Source: Escherichia coli (GTDB lineage Bacteria > Pseudomonadota > Gammaproteobacteria > Enterobacterales > Enterobacteriaceae). Taken from it: 64,000 bases of DNA. Position numbers and translations under genes: made by a program. Each line of letters opens with the position of its first letter. Position 1 is the first letter of the stretch. The stretch lies in NCBI RefSeq assembly GCF_030013205.1, contig NZ_CP122648.1. The stretch is one strand, 5' to 3'. The notes beneath the pieces were generated by a model. It had not been told where the DNA came from and made no database searches. It saw nothing but the letters and a program-made list of their open reading frames with translations. Shown here piece after piece: positions 10,674 through 20,257 of this stretch.

Positions 10674-10961
10674 ATGACCAAAGAGCATGCACAAGGTGTA
10701 TTTATCCGTTTTATTGATTTTCGCGGTGAAATGTTATTACGCGCATCCGCTATTGATGGAGTGGCTCCAGCGGGTAAAAACGGAGCCAACGAAGCCACTT
10801 ACGTTTATCTGAACAGCACGCGACTGCTTGTGGAACTTCCGTACCAGACCGTACGAGAAATCATTAGTGAAGCTGAAAAGGCACGCCAGGCTAATGGCGA
10901 TAAACCCTATATCGAAATTATTTGTATGGATTCAGAAACTGAAATTCAGAAAGCAGATTAA
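10674..10961 (+). CDS. hypothetical protein
   Basis: ATG at 10674 with AGGTG RBS, directly after the previous stop. Confidence 0.45.
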   Translation: MTKEHAQGVFIRFIDFRGEMLLRASAIDGVAPAGKNGANEATYVYLNSTRLLVELPYQTVREIISEAEKARQANGDKPYIEIICMDSETEIQKAD

Positions 10962-10972
10962 AGGGCGTTGCG

Positions 10973-11215
10973 ATGGGCAAAGAATATAAAACTCTCATTA
11001 ACAAAGCACTTGAGCGTTTTTATTTTCGCTTAAGTGCATCAGGCGCTCATGCTGAACGTGCAGCCCGTGACTCATTGACCAGGGCAATCCGGAGTCTGTA
11101 TGACGTGGCTTTTTACGCTGATGATCTGGATGCACTTAACGAACTTTCCGAGCTGATCTGTGCCGCAGAATGCGGGGAACATATTGAACCGTATAAGCTG
11201 GGGAATATCGCATGA
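10973..11215 (+). CDS. hypothetical protein
   Basis: 80-aa ORF, tight spacing in operon. Confidence 0.45.
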   Translation: MGKEYKTLINKALERFYFRLSASGAHAERAARDSLTRAIRSLYDVAFYADDLDALNELSELICAAECGEHIEPYKLGNIA

Positions 11216-11325
11216 GTATATTTATCTCGTGGCTTGTTCTGATTATTTCGGTGATCTGCGCTATTGGCATTATGCGAATTATTCATTCAGTGAAAAAGAT
11301 TGAGCGTTTTTTCTCTGACGAATAA
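11212..11325 (+). CDS. 37-aa hydrophobic peptide (MSIFISWLVLIISVICAIGIMRIIHSVKKIERFFSDE), not in ORF track
   Basis: ATG overlaps the upstream stop (ATGA); single predicted TM segment. Confidence 0.3.
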   Translation: MSIFISWLVLIISVICAIGIMRIIHSVKKIERFFSDE

Positions 11326-11418
11326 CAGCACAAATAAAACACCAGATTAAATAAGAAAACGTGAAAACCATCCGAATTAACGGAGGCATTCACACACGTA
11401 AATAATGGAGATACAAAA

Positions 11419-11829
11419 ATGAACGCAAAAGAAAAAGGCATTATAACTGCGCTAAAAAATATATCGGAGACCGCAAACAGAGCCATTCAGGATGCAACAA
11501 ATGCAGGAATGATTGGGCCTGCCACCACAGCCATGATGATAGCAAGAGTAACCGCCGAAGCAGCCGAAATTATCGAAAAACAGGATGCTGAACTAACGGT
11601 TCTCAGAACACAATCAGTCACCGAACTGGATTTGTCTAACACCGGACGCCTTATTTACACAATTGGCTCGGAGCCACAGCAATACACCATTATCGTCGGA
11701 TTACAGGATAAATACCTGATCACTCCTCACCCCATAAGGGAATCAGAAATTCTGACAAATCTCCGCCTGATAGAGCGCTCTCAAGTCGCATTCATTGATG
11801 ACGCACAGCGCACCGTATTTAACGCATAG
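11419..11829 (+). CDS. hypothetical protein
   Basis: 136-aa ORF. Confidence 0.45.
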   Translation: MNAKEKGIITALKNISETANRAIQDATNAGMIGPATTAMMIARVTAEAAEIIEKQDAELTVLRTQSVTELDLSNTGRLIYTIGSEPQQYTIIVGLQDKYLITPHPIRESEILTNLRLIERSQVAFIDDAQRTVFNA

Positions 11830-11853
11830 GGTTACTGGACAAAGGGGGGCGCA

Positions 11854-12057
11854 ATGGCAATTAAGCGTTTTTCCGTCATTCGTTTCACATCCAGAGGGCG
11901 TGAATACGAGGTTGACGAACGGCTGATTAAAACGCTCGACCGTCACCGTTCGCAACCTGACGCGCATCACATTTACCTCACTGACGACACTTACTTCTGC
12001 GCCACCAACGTGGTGCAGGTGAATCTTATCAGACAGGTACAGGAGTCACGCAGATGA
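11854..12057 (+). CDS. hypothetical protein
   Basis: 67-aa ORF, overlapping stop/start with the next gene. Confidence 0.4.
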   Translation: MAIKRFSVIRFTSRGREYEVDERLIKTLDRHRSQPDAHHIYLTDDTYFCATNVVQVNLIRQVQESRR

Positions 12058-12299
12058 CCATTCTGGACTACATCACAGCCAATCCGGGTTGTAGCGGTGG
12101 AGAAATCGCCGCCGCGCTGAATACCCCAACCACAGCCATTAATGCTGAGTTGCGCCGACTCTGGCGTGACGGCTTAGTCATCAGAGAAGAGCGCAAAACA
12201 GGCGGTCGGTTCTCTTACCAGGTAAACCCGATGCCGTTCGGGTGTGGCAACCCACTTACTCACATGTTTAACCAGCTACTGAAGGAAGCCAGAGCATGA
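12054..12299 (+). CDS. small winged-helix-like DNA-binding protein
   Basis: 81-aa ORF, ...GEIAAALNTPTTAINAELRRLWRDGLV... resembles a winged helix. Confidence 0.45.
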   Translation: MTILDYITANPGCSGGEIAAALNTPTTAINAELRRLWRDGLVIREERKTGGRFSYQVNPMPFGCGNPLTHMFNQLLKEARA

Positions 12300-12595
12300 G
12301 CACCATCAACCACCAGGAACTACGCGAACTGGCGACTGACCTGCAACGAATGGCAACGCATCAAAAATTACTGGCGTTTCGCGCAATGCTCTCGCCATCT
12401 GCCGTGTTGGCACTACTGGATGAGCTGGAGCACGCCAGAACCACAGCGCCAGCCATTCGCCTGACGCTCCATCATGAAATCGCTGATTTCTGTGCACCAC
12501 TGGGTTCACCTGGCGAACCGGAAACACCGGAAGCAATGCAGCGAGAGCTGCTGCAACGCATCGACAAGGTTTTTGATTTTTTCCTTAACCAGTAA
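12296..12595 (+). CDS. hypothetical protein
   Basis: 99-aa ORF. Confidence 0.45.
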   Translation: MSTINHQELRELATDLQRMATHQKLLAFRAMLSPSAVLALLDELEHARTTAPAIRLTLHHEIADFCAPLGSPGEPETPEAMQRELLQRIDKVFDFFLNQ

Positions 12596-12606
12596 GGGAT
12601 CGCAGC

Positions 12607-12810
12607 ATGAACAAAAAGACCTGGTTTCGCGCATACATGTGGGCGCTGGTATGCGTCCTCGTTTCTCTCATTCTGTATGCAGGACTCCTCCCCCGAATGA
12701 TTTCATCAGACAGCTCCTTCCTGGTATTGCTGGGCATTTTCATTGCCATGCTGTACCCGGCAGGCGTTGTTCGCCTTTTCAGTAAGTACATCAAGGAAAT
12801 CAAACAATGA
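12607..12810 (+). CDS. small two-TM membrane protein, partner of downstream SPFH protein
   Basis: 67 aa with two hydrophobic helices; stop overlaps the SPFH start. Confidence 0.5.
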   Translation: MNKKTWFRAYMWALVCVLVSLILYAGLLPRMISSDSSFLVLLGIFIAMLYPAGVVRLFSKYIKEIKQ

Positions 12811-13637
12811 AGAAATTCAAACTCTTTCAGATTATCCCTCTTTTTGCCGCCATCCTGCTGGTTGGTTGCGATCGTGTTGAGCCAGGTAATGTGGGCATCA
12901 AAGTCAACAAACTGGGCGACGACAAAGGCGTCGGTGAAGTGGTTGGTGTTGGCCGCTACTGGACTGGCTGGAATACCGAGGTTTACATCTTCCCGACCTT
13001 CAAACAAATGAAGACCTACGATGAGCCGTTCAGCTTCCAGATGAGTGACGGCACAACCATCGGCTATCACATCGGTGTGGCCTACAAGGTTGATCCATCC
13101 AAAGTTACTACAGTGTTTCAGACCTACCGCAAAGGCGTGGATGACATTACCGACACTGACCTGCGCCAGAAGATCGCCGATGCACTCAACCGACTGGCCA
13201 GCAAAATGACCACCGACAAATTTATCGACGGCGGGAAATCTGAACTACTGGATGCAGCTCTTAAAGACATTCAGGAGGAAATGACACCCATCGGTATTCA
13301 GGTAATGAGCCTCTCATATGTGGGTAAGCCGGAGTACCCGTCAACCGTTATCGACAGCATTAATGCCAAAGTCACGGCAAACCAGAAAACCCTGCAACGC
13401 GAACAGGAAGTCAAGCAACGTGAAGCAGAAGCCAACATGTTGCGCGCAGAAGCTGCCGGACAGGCTGATGCCATTCGCACAAAAGCCCAGGCTGAAGCCG
13501 ACGCCATTCGTTTACGCGGTGAAGCTCTGCGCCAGAATCCCGGCGTTATGGAGCTGGAAGCAATCAACAAATGGAACGGCACGCTGCCGCAATACATGAC
13601 CAGCAATACCGCTGTTCCGTTTGTTCCGGTGAAGTAA
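12807..13637 (+). CDS. SPFH/band-7 (prohibitin-like) lipoprotein
   Basis: Lipobox LLVGC after signal peptide; SPFH-like core and Ala/Glu-rich coiled-coil C-terminus. Confidence 0.75.
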   Translation: MKKFKLFQIIPLFAAILLVGCDRVEPGNVGIKVNKLGDDKGVGEVVGVGRYWTGWNTEVYIFPTFKQMKTYDEPFSFQMSDGTTIGYHIGVAYKVDPSKVTTVFQTYRKGVDDITDTDLRQKIADALNRLASKMTTDKFIDGGKSELLDAALKDIQEEMTPIGIQVMSLSYVGKPEYPSTVIDSINAKVTANQKTLQREQEVKQREAEANMLRAEAAGQADAIRTKAQAEADAIRLRGEALRQNPGVMELEAINKWNGTLPQYMTSNTAVPFVPVK

Positions 13638-13643
13638 TTAAAC

Positions 13644-13668
13644 CCGGCCAGTGAAAATCACTGGCCGG
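13644..13668 (+). terminator. 11-bp-stem hairpin after SPFH gene
   Basis: ccggccagtga-aaat-cactggccgg; a T-run follows about 12 nt later. Confidence 0.4.
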
Positions 13669-14004
13669 AGCAGTATCAGGATTTTTTAGTATGCCGTTCT
13701 CACAAAAAAACCGCTTGCCATGCCGCAATCAGTCAGGTTACATTTCCGCTGCACCTCATAAAACGGGTGCCGGGATTTCCACCCCGCTGACAACCAAAGC
13801 GCACAACCGCGCCAGCGGTTTTTTTGTGCGTACCGTATCGCCACGTCTTTTTCGCACACGAATTATGGTGGGGCGTATGGGGCCGACTTCGGTCGGGCCG
13901 GGTTCTTTGGTTGCCGGTTGTGGAAACCCTGTACGTCTCACCACCCCGAGTTTTCCACCTCTGGATGGTGAGTTTTCAAAACTTACAACCAAAGAGGCCA
14001 CACC

Positions 14005-14235
14005 ATGGCAAACCGCAAACAACAGCGCACATACGCTGCGCGTCGTCACATCCAGACTGAAATCAACCGCAGACTTTTCCGCGCATTCCGCGTCGCGCAA
14101 ATCATGCACATCAATATGCTGCATGAACGCAGTCACGCACTATCGAACAGCTATTCCGCCTCTGTTTTCAGCTATCTGGCGGATGATCTGCGCGAGCTTC
14201 AGCAGCTCATCCAGCAGCAAAACAAACTCCATTAA
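14005..14235 (+). CDS. hypothetical basic protein
   Basis: 76-aa ORF with AGAGG RBS. Confidence 0.4.
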   Translation: MANRKQQRTYAARRHIQTEINRRLFRAFRVAQIMHINMLHERSHALSNSYSASVFSYLADDLRELQQLIQQQNKLH

Positions 14236-14307
14236 TTCCTGTTCCGGGCCTTTCCTGCACCTTGCGGCGGGAGGCCTTCGCACATCTGTAACAAGAGGAG
14301 TGCCGCA

Positions 14308-14673
14308 ATGATTCTCGCCAACGACTTTCTTGAATACCTGCTCAACACAGAGCGTGATCTTGCCGTTCGCGTGCGTGACCGTTATGACATGTACCTGAAA
14401 TCCCTGCCTGTACCGCAGCTCGCTGACGGAAAGATTGTTATTGATGGCCGCTACATGATTGACAGCCACGAGGGAAATTACAGGCTTTACCGCATTGAAG
14501 GCGGCACCCCGTCCGTTATTGGCATTTACCAGCGCCCATCCTCTGCGATCGTCGATGTGATTGCAGACAGCATCCGCATCACACATCACTATGCCGACAC
14601 AGAAGACACCGTGCTGGAAATTCAGCGGCTGGCTACAGTCTGCCGCGACACCCTGAATGGCATGACGAAGTAA
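14308..14673 (+). CDS. hypothetical protein
   Basis: 121-aa ORF with AGAGGA RBS. Confidence 0.45.
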   Translation: MILANDFLEYLLNTERDLAVRVRDRYDMYLKSLPVPQLADGKIVIDGRYMIDSHEGNYRLYRIEGGTPSVIGIYQRPSSAIVDVIADSIRITHHYADTEDTVLEIQRLATVCRDTLNGMTK

Positions 14674-14679
14674 ATCACT

Positions 14680-14967
14680 ATGACAGCAGAGTACATCAGG
14701 GACTGGCAACAACCGCGCCACGCAGTGGGGCGTGAAGGAACGGGGATCCCTGCTCCTGAAGCGGTGGAAGGTGTCGCAACGTCACAGGCCGACATTATCG
14801 ACCGTTTTAATGCGCTGGAAACCCGCCATCAGCAGGACAGCCAGAAAATCACTTTACTGACCACAGAGCTGACAGCACTGAAGGAAAAACTGCGCACGCA
14901 GGACGGCGATCCGCAGAACCGGTTCACCGCAACGGGCGCAGCCTCCGATCAACTGGCTGACTTCTGA
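14680..14967 (+). CDS. hypothetical protein
   Basis: 95-aa ORF. Confidence 0.4.
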   Translation: MTAEYIRDWQQPRHAVGREGTGIPAPEAVEGVATSQADIIDRFNALETRHQQDSQKITLLTTELTALKEKLRTQDGDPQNRFTATGAASDQLADF

Positions 14968-14990
14968 TAAGACAAAGGAGCAAATTTTTT

Positions 14991-15254
14991 ATGAATCTGG
15001 TGATGTCAGATATTACCCGCAACAAGCTGGGTTGCTATATGGCGCAGCAGGCGTCGCTTAACAACATCCCGGTATCTGCACTGGTATCGCGATTTACCGT
15101 GGAACCCTCGGTGTCCGCCATTGCTGCCGCACTGCATGTGCACGGTGTGCAACGCGTGGAAATAATCGAACCCACACAGAATATGGCCATCAGCGACATA
15201 CAGGCGGCGCGCTGTGAGTCATTCACCATCAGCGAAGGTGGACGCAATGAGTAA
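14991..15254 (+). CDS. hypothetical protein
   Basis: 87-aa ORF with AAGGAG RBS; overlaps the gpI start by 8 nt. Confidence 0.45.
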   Translation: MNLVMSDITRNKLGCYMAQQASLNNIPVSALVSRFTVEPSVSAIAAALHVHGVQRVEIIEPTQNMAISDIQAARCESFTISEGGRNE

Positions 15255-15774
15255 TTCGCTGTTACCACCATCAGCCAGCAATTTCATGCGTTGTGCCGAA
15301 GCCGTCGGGACACGCATTACAGACATTCCGGTAGACCTCAACACGCTGTGGTCGCCGGATACCTGCCCGGTGCATCTGCTGCCTTATCTCGCCTGGGCAT
15401 TTTCCGTTGACCGCTGGGATCGCAACTGGCCGGAAGAGACAAAGCGACAGGTGATTCGTGATGCATGGCTGATACACCGACACAAGGGAACCATCAGCGC
15501 ACTGCGCCGGGCCATTGAGCCGCTGGGATATCTCATTCGTGTGTCTGAGTGGTGGGAGTTCGACGGCGAACCCGGAACATTCAAGGTTGATGTTGGCACG
15601 CTGGACAGTGGTGTGACCGAGGAAATGTATCTGGAAATGGAACGGCTGATTGCCGATGCCAAACCCGCAAGTCGCCACCTTATCGGCCTGAACATTATCC
15701 AGGACATTCCTGGCTATCTGTATACAGGCGGTGTGGTCTGTGATGGTGATGTTATTACTGTTTATCCCGGATAA
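15247..15774 (+). CDS. P2-like tail protein I
   Basis: ATG at 15247 (MSNSLLPPSAS...) with AGGTGG RBS; family motifs LWSPDTCP, LLPYLAWAFSVDRWD. Confidence 0.8.
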   Translation: MSNSLLPPSASNFMRCAEAVGTRITDIPVDLNTLWSPDTCPVHLLPYLAWAFSVDRWDRNWPEETKRQVIRDAWLIHRHKGTISALRRAIEPLGYLIRVSEWWEFDGEPGTFKVDVGTLDSGVTEEMYLEMERLIADAKPASRHLIGLNIIQDIPGYLYTGGVVCDGDVITVYPG

Positions 15775-15784
15775 GTGAGAAACA

Positions 15785-18442
15785 ATGAGCACGAAATTTA
15801 AAACCGTTATCACTACTGCCGGAGCCGCGAAGCTGGCAGCCGCCACTGTCCCCGGCGGGAAAAAAGTAACTCTGTCTGCAATGGCCGTGGGTGACGGTAA
15901 TGGCAAATTGCCGGTGCCGGATGCCGGTCAGACGAAACTGGTGCATGAGGTCTGGCGTCACGCTCTGAATAAAGTCAGCGTGGATAACAAGAATAAAAAC
16001 TATATCGTGGCTGAACTGGTTGTACCGCCAGAAGTGGGCGGCTTCTGGATGCGTGAGCTGGGTCTGTATGACGATGCCGGAACACTGATTGCGGTCGCTA
16101 ACATGGCGGAAAGCTATAAACCTGAACTCGCTGAAGGCTCCGGGCGCGCGCAGACCTGCCGCATGGTTATTATTGTCAGCAACGTGGCGTCCGTTGAGCT
16201 GAGTATTGATGCCAGCACAGTGATGGCGACGCAGGATTACGTCGATGACAAAATCGCAGAGCATGAGCAGTCCCGCCGCCATCCTGACGCCACGCTGACA
16301 GAAAAAGGTTTTACTCAGTTAAGTAGCGCAACAAACAGCACCAGTGAAGAGCTGGCGGCAACGCCAAAGGCAGTAAAAGCAGCCTATGACAATGCTGAAA
16401 AACGTATGCAGAAAGACCAGAACGGTGACGATATTCCAGATAAGGGCGCTTTTCTGGACAACGTTGGCGTTACCAGCCTGACGTTTATGAAAAACAATGG
16501 CGAAATGCCGCTTGATGCTGACTTGAATACATTTGGTCCCGTTAAGGCTTATCTTGGCATCTGGTCTAAAGCAACATCCACCAACGCAACACTGGAGAAA
16601 AATTTCCCGGAAGATAATGCTGTCGGTGTGCTTGAGGTTTTTGCAGCTGGCAATTTTGCAGGCACGCAACGTTTTATCACGAGAGACGGCAATGTATACA
16701 TGCGTAAACTCGCCAATAAGTGGAATGGCACTGATGGTCCGTGGGGCGTATGGCGTCACACTCAATCAGCTACCCGCCCTTTGAGTACGACTATAGACCT
16801 GAATACGCTTGGAGCCGCTGAGCATCTTGGTTTATGGCGTAACAGTAGCTCGGCTATAGCTTCATATGAACGCAATTATCCAGAGGAAGGCGGCTTTGCT
16901 CAGGGGACGCTTGAGATCCTCGAAGGCGGGAATTATGGAAGAACGCAACGTTATACCACTCGTCGTGGGAATATGTACGTTCGCTGCCTTGCGGCAAGCT
17001 GGGATGCATCAAATCCGCAGTGGGAACCGTGGTTAAGAGTCGGTCATCAGTCAGAGAGCCGTTATTACGAAGGTGATTTGAATGTTCTAACCGACCCCGG
17101 TATTTACAGTGTTACAGGAAAGGCGACAAACGGTCCGATGCTGGACGCTGCTGGGGCGACATTGCTTGGGATACTGGAAGTAATCAGGCGTTTTGATGGT
17201 GTATCTGTCTGGCAGCGTTACACAACCACAGGGAAATCAGAAACCACACAGGGGCGCACTTTTGAGCGCGTCTACGCCGGGAGCACATGGACCGAATGGC
17301 GAGAAGTGTATAACTCCTTTTCGTTGCCCCTGAATATGGGGATCGGTGGCGCAGTGGCAAAACTCACCAGCCTGGACTGGCAGACCTACGATTTTGTGCC
17401 GGGCAGTCTGATAACCGTTCGGCTTGATAACATGACCAATATTCCCGACGGTATGGACTGGGGCGTCATTGATGGCAACCTGATAAACATCGCTGTTGGT
17501 CCGAGTGATGATTCCGGTACGGGGCGCTCAATGCATGTATGGCGCAGCACTGTAAGTAAAGCGAATTACCGCTTTTTTATGGTTCGCATTTCAGGAAATC
17601 CGGGAAGCCGCACGATTACGACAAGACGTGTGCCAATTATCGACGAAGCTCAGACATGGGCGGCGAAACAGACATTCAGCGGTGGTCTTTCTGGCGAACT
17701 ATCCGGCAATGCTGCTACAGCAACAAAGCTGAAAACGGCAAGGACAATTAACGGCGTAAAATTTGACGGCTCGGCAAATATTGAAGCGTTTCCGCCAGGT
17801 GTTCCGCTGCCGTGGCCATCAGATACTGTGCCGTCTGGTTACGCCCTGATGCAGGGACAGACTTTTGATAAATCTGCATACCCGAAACTTGCAGTCGCTT
17901 ATCCGTCAGGCGTGATCCCGGATATGCGTGGCTGGACAATCAAGGGCAAACCCGCCAGTGGTCGGGCCGTATTGTCTCTGGAACAGGACGGCATTAAATC
18001 GCACACCCACAGTGCCAGCGCATCCAGTACGGATTTGGGTACGAAAACCACATCGTCGTTTGATTACGGTACTAAATCAACGAATAACACAGGTGCACAT
18101 ACCCACAATGTATCTGGTACTGCAAATAGTGCTGGCGCACATACTCATACCGTTCCATTAAGGAGACCAAACAGTGGCGGTATGAATTTCGACTGGCTGG
18201 ATGGTGCATCAAGTGGCACGGTGGTGGGGAATGGAACTGTGCCTTCTTCTGGCGCACATACCCACTCAGTATCAGGTACCGCTACAAGTGCTGGGGCACA
18301 TGCACACACTGTTGGTATTGGCGCTCATACGCACTCTGTTGCGATTGGTTCACATGGACACACCATCACCGTTAACGCTGCTGGTAACGCGGAAAACACC
18401 GTTAAAAACATCGCATTTAATTATATTGTGAGGCTTGCATAA
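15785..18442 (+). CDS. P2-like tail fiber protein H
   Basis: 885-aa ORF; conserved N-terminus [21 protein letters not shown]...; C-terminal His-rich repeats (GAHTHxV). Confidence 0.85.
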   Translation: MSTKFKTVITTAGAAKLAAATVPGGKKVTLSAMAVGDGNGKLPVPDAGQTKLVHEVWRHALNKVSVDNKNKNYIVAELVVPPEVGGFWMRELGLYDDAGTLIAVANMAESYKPELAEGSGRAQTCRMVIIVSNVASVELSIDASTVMATQDYVDDKIAEHEQSRRHPDATLTEKGFTQLSSATNSTSEELAATPKAVKAAYDNAEKRMQKDQNGDDIPDKGAFLDNVGVTSLTFMKNNGEMPLDADLNTFGPVKAYLGIWSKATSTNATLEKNFPEDNAVGVLEVFAAGNFAGTQRFITRDGNVYMRKLANKWNGTDGPWGVWRHTQSATRPLSTTIDLNTLGAAEHLGLWRNSSSAIASYERNYPEEGGFAQGTLEILEGGNYGRTQRYTTRRGNMYVRCLAASWDASNPQWEPWLRVGHQSESRYYEGDLNVLTDPGIYSVTGKATNGPMLDAAGATLLGILEVIRRFDGVSVWQRYTTTGKSETTQGRTFERVYAGSTWTEWREVYNSFSLPLNMGIGGAVAKLTSLDWQTYDFVPGSLITVRLDNMTNIPDGMDWGVIDGNLINIAVGPSDDSGTGRSMHVWRSTVSKANYRFFMVRISGNPGSRTITTRRVPIIDEAQTWAAKQTFSGGLSGELSGNAATATKLKTARTINGVKFDGSANIEAFPPGVPLPWPSDTVPSGYALMQGQTFDKSAYPKLAVAYPSGVIPDMRGWTIKGKPASGRAVLSLEQDGIKSHTHSASASSTDLGTKTTSSFDYGTKSTNNTGAHTHNVSGTANSAGAHTHTVPLRRPNSGGMNFDWLDGASSGTVVGNGTVPSSGAHTHSVSGTATSAGAHAHTVGIGAHTHSVAIGSHGHTITVNAAGNAENTVKNIAFNYIVRLA

Positions 18443-19059
18443 TGGCATTCAGAATGAGTGAACAATCACGTACTGTAAAAATTTATAACCTGCTGGCCGG
18501 AACTAATGAGTTTATTGGTGAAGGTGACGCATATATTCCACCTCATACAGGGCTGCCAGCCAATTCTACAGATATCGCCCCACCGGAAATTCCTGCTGGC
18601 TTTGTGGCAGTTTTTAACAGTGAAAATGAATCGTGGAATATTGTTGAAGACCATCGTGGTAAAACGGTCTATGACGTGGCATCGGGGGACGCGTTGTTTA
18701 TTTCTGAACCCGGACCGCTACCAGAGAATGTCACCTGGTTGTCGCCAGCAGGGGAGTATCAGAAGTGGGACGGCGTATCCTGGGTGAAGGATGAGGAAGC
18801 AGAAAAACTGTTTCGGATACGGGAAGCGGAAGAGAAAAAGGCAAGGTTGATCCAGGAAGCAACAGATAACATCGCAATTCTGCAGGATGCAGTTAATCTT
18901 GAAATAGCAACAAACGAGGAAAATTCACAACTGGATTCCTGGAGAAAATACAGAGTATTAGTGAGTAGAATTGACACCAGTACAGCTCCGGATATCGTAT
19001 GGCCAGAGCTGATGAATCAGGGTTATGTGCGGGAGGACGAGCAGATAACTTCAGACTGA
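18442..19059 (+). CDS. tail fiber assembly protein (gpG-like)
   Basis: 205-aa ORF immediately after H with overlapping stop/start. Confidence 0.7.
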   Translation: MAFRMSEQSRTVKIYNLLAGTNEFIGEGDAYIPPHTGLPANSTDIAPPEIPAGFVAVFNSENESWNIVEDHRGKTVYDVASGDALFISEPGPLPENVTWLSPAGEYQKWDGVSWVKDEEAEKLFRIREAEEKKARLIQEATDNIAILQDAVNLEIATNEENSQLDSWRKYRVLVSRIDTSTAPDIVWPELMNQGYVREDEQITSD

Positions 19060-19586
19060 AATTTAGTGATGAATGTTGAATCATCTGGAATATCATGCAA
19101 TACCAATGCATGAGCACCTATTGTGACATTGTTTCCTATACGCACTTTGCCACCAAGAATGGTGGCATTACAACCAATGGTCACATTATGTCCTATAACA
19201 ATATCCATATCATTAAAATCACCACGCAGCCCAATAGTTACCCCTGGTTTTATTGAACAATTTTCACCGATTGTTACTTTGTGACCGATAACAACACTGT
19301 TGAGATAAGAAATATCAAAGCCTTTCCCTATATTTACAGTTAAAGGGACTGTTACATTATATTTATCAAGAATGAAACGTTCTATTTTCCCCGCAATCTT
19401 CCGACAGCATCCGCCTTTATCAAAAAGGTATTTGGCTATGCGCCACCAAAATAAATAACGAACTCTTCTATGTTTTATTGCGCGAACAATTGCCTTTCGC
19501 CAGGAGAAAGGACGCTCGCTACCGATTACTTCATAGTGAATACAATCTTTAAGTTCATTAATATTCATATCTCTATTATTCAGCAT
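19023..19586 (-). CDS. hexapeptide-repeat (LbH) acetyltransferase, AT-rich cargo gene
   Basis: Repeated [LIV]-G-x-x-x-x motifs ([22 protein letters not shown]...); AT-rich; sits at the P2 Z/fun position. Confidence 0.75.
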   Translation of the reverse strand: MLNNRDMNINELKDCIHYEVIGSERPFSWRKAIVRAIKHRRVRYLFWWRIAKYLFDKGGCCRKIAGKIERFILDKYNVTVPLTVNIGKGFDISYLNSVVIGHKVTIGENCSIKPGVTIGLRGDFNDMDIVIGHNVTIGCNATILGGKVRIGNNVTIGAHALVLHDIPDDSTFITKFQSEVICSSSRT

Positions 19587-19756
19587 AAGATAATCATGTG
19601 ACCAATTATTGTAATAATTTTAATGGTATGTTTCTACTGGCTATCCAGCGTGTCTGATGTCCAGTAACAAATCGTTAACACTGGTGCAATCAAATGGTGA
19701 GTGTTAAGACTGGCCACTTATTACCAGGTATGAGGGTATGAGTGGCCAGCATTAAA

Positions 19757-20251
19757 TCAGAACAGCCCTTTAACTGAACTGGCCGCGCTGTTAAGGGATG
19801 ATGTCACTTTATCTTTGAAGCCGGACAGCATATCGCTGAACGATGAGGATTGCAGGCGCTCCCGCAAATCCTCATCACAGCGTTCAAGGGTCAGTGAAAA
19901 TTCTATCTTTTTCGCCTTACCGTAGCGATCAAACTCGGAACGGGTCGTATTCGTTTCGGTCAGGACATACATGCCGTAAATCTGCCCGACGCCATCAATA
20001 AGAGGCCAGGGGCGTCCTGTATACGCCTGCGTGGTCAGCAGCGACAGCGACACTTCGCCACCTGTAATTTCAGGATAAAGCACACCAGAAAGAACGATGC
20101 GATCATCACCTGCACCGATATACTGCCAGCTTGCTGAACGGTTAACGCGTTCATTTTTCACATGCCGCCAGCTTTTGTTTTGCTGTAACTGCTGATGCGG
20201 CAGCGTGCGCAGCTCAAAAACAAACATGCCGTAGATCATCATCATGGCCAT
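19757..20251 (-). CDS. P2-like tail protein U
   Basis: 164-aa ORF following T on the minus strand. Confidence 0.7.
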   Translation of the reverse strand: MAMMMIYGMFVFELRTLPHQQLQQNKSWRHVKNERVNRSASWQYIGAGDDRIVLSGVLYPEITGGEVSLSLLTTQAYTGRPWPLIDGVGQIYGMYVLTETNTTRSEFDRYGKAKKIEFSLTLERCDEDLRERLQSSSFSDMLSGFKDKVTSSLNSAASSVKGLF

Positions 20252-20257
20252 GACTCC

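Noticed and set aside
13691-14311. 206-aa plus-strand ORF and overlapping 126-aa minus-strand ORF in the GC-rich region
   Set aside because: Frames conflict with the better-supported 76-aa gene (14005..14235, good RBS); sequence looks like a noncoding or remnant leader with hairpins.
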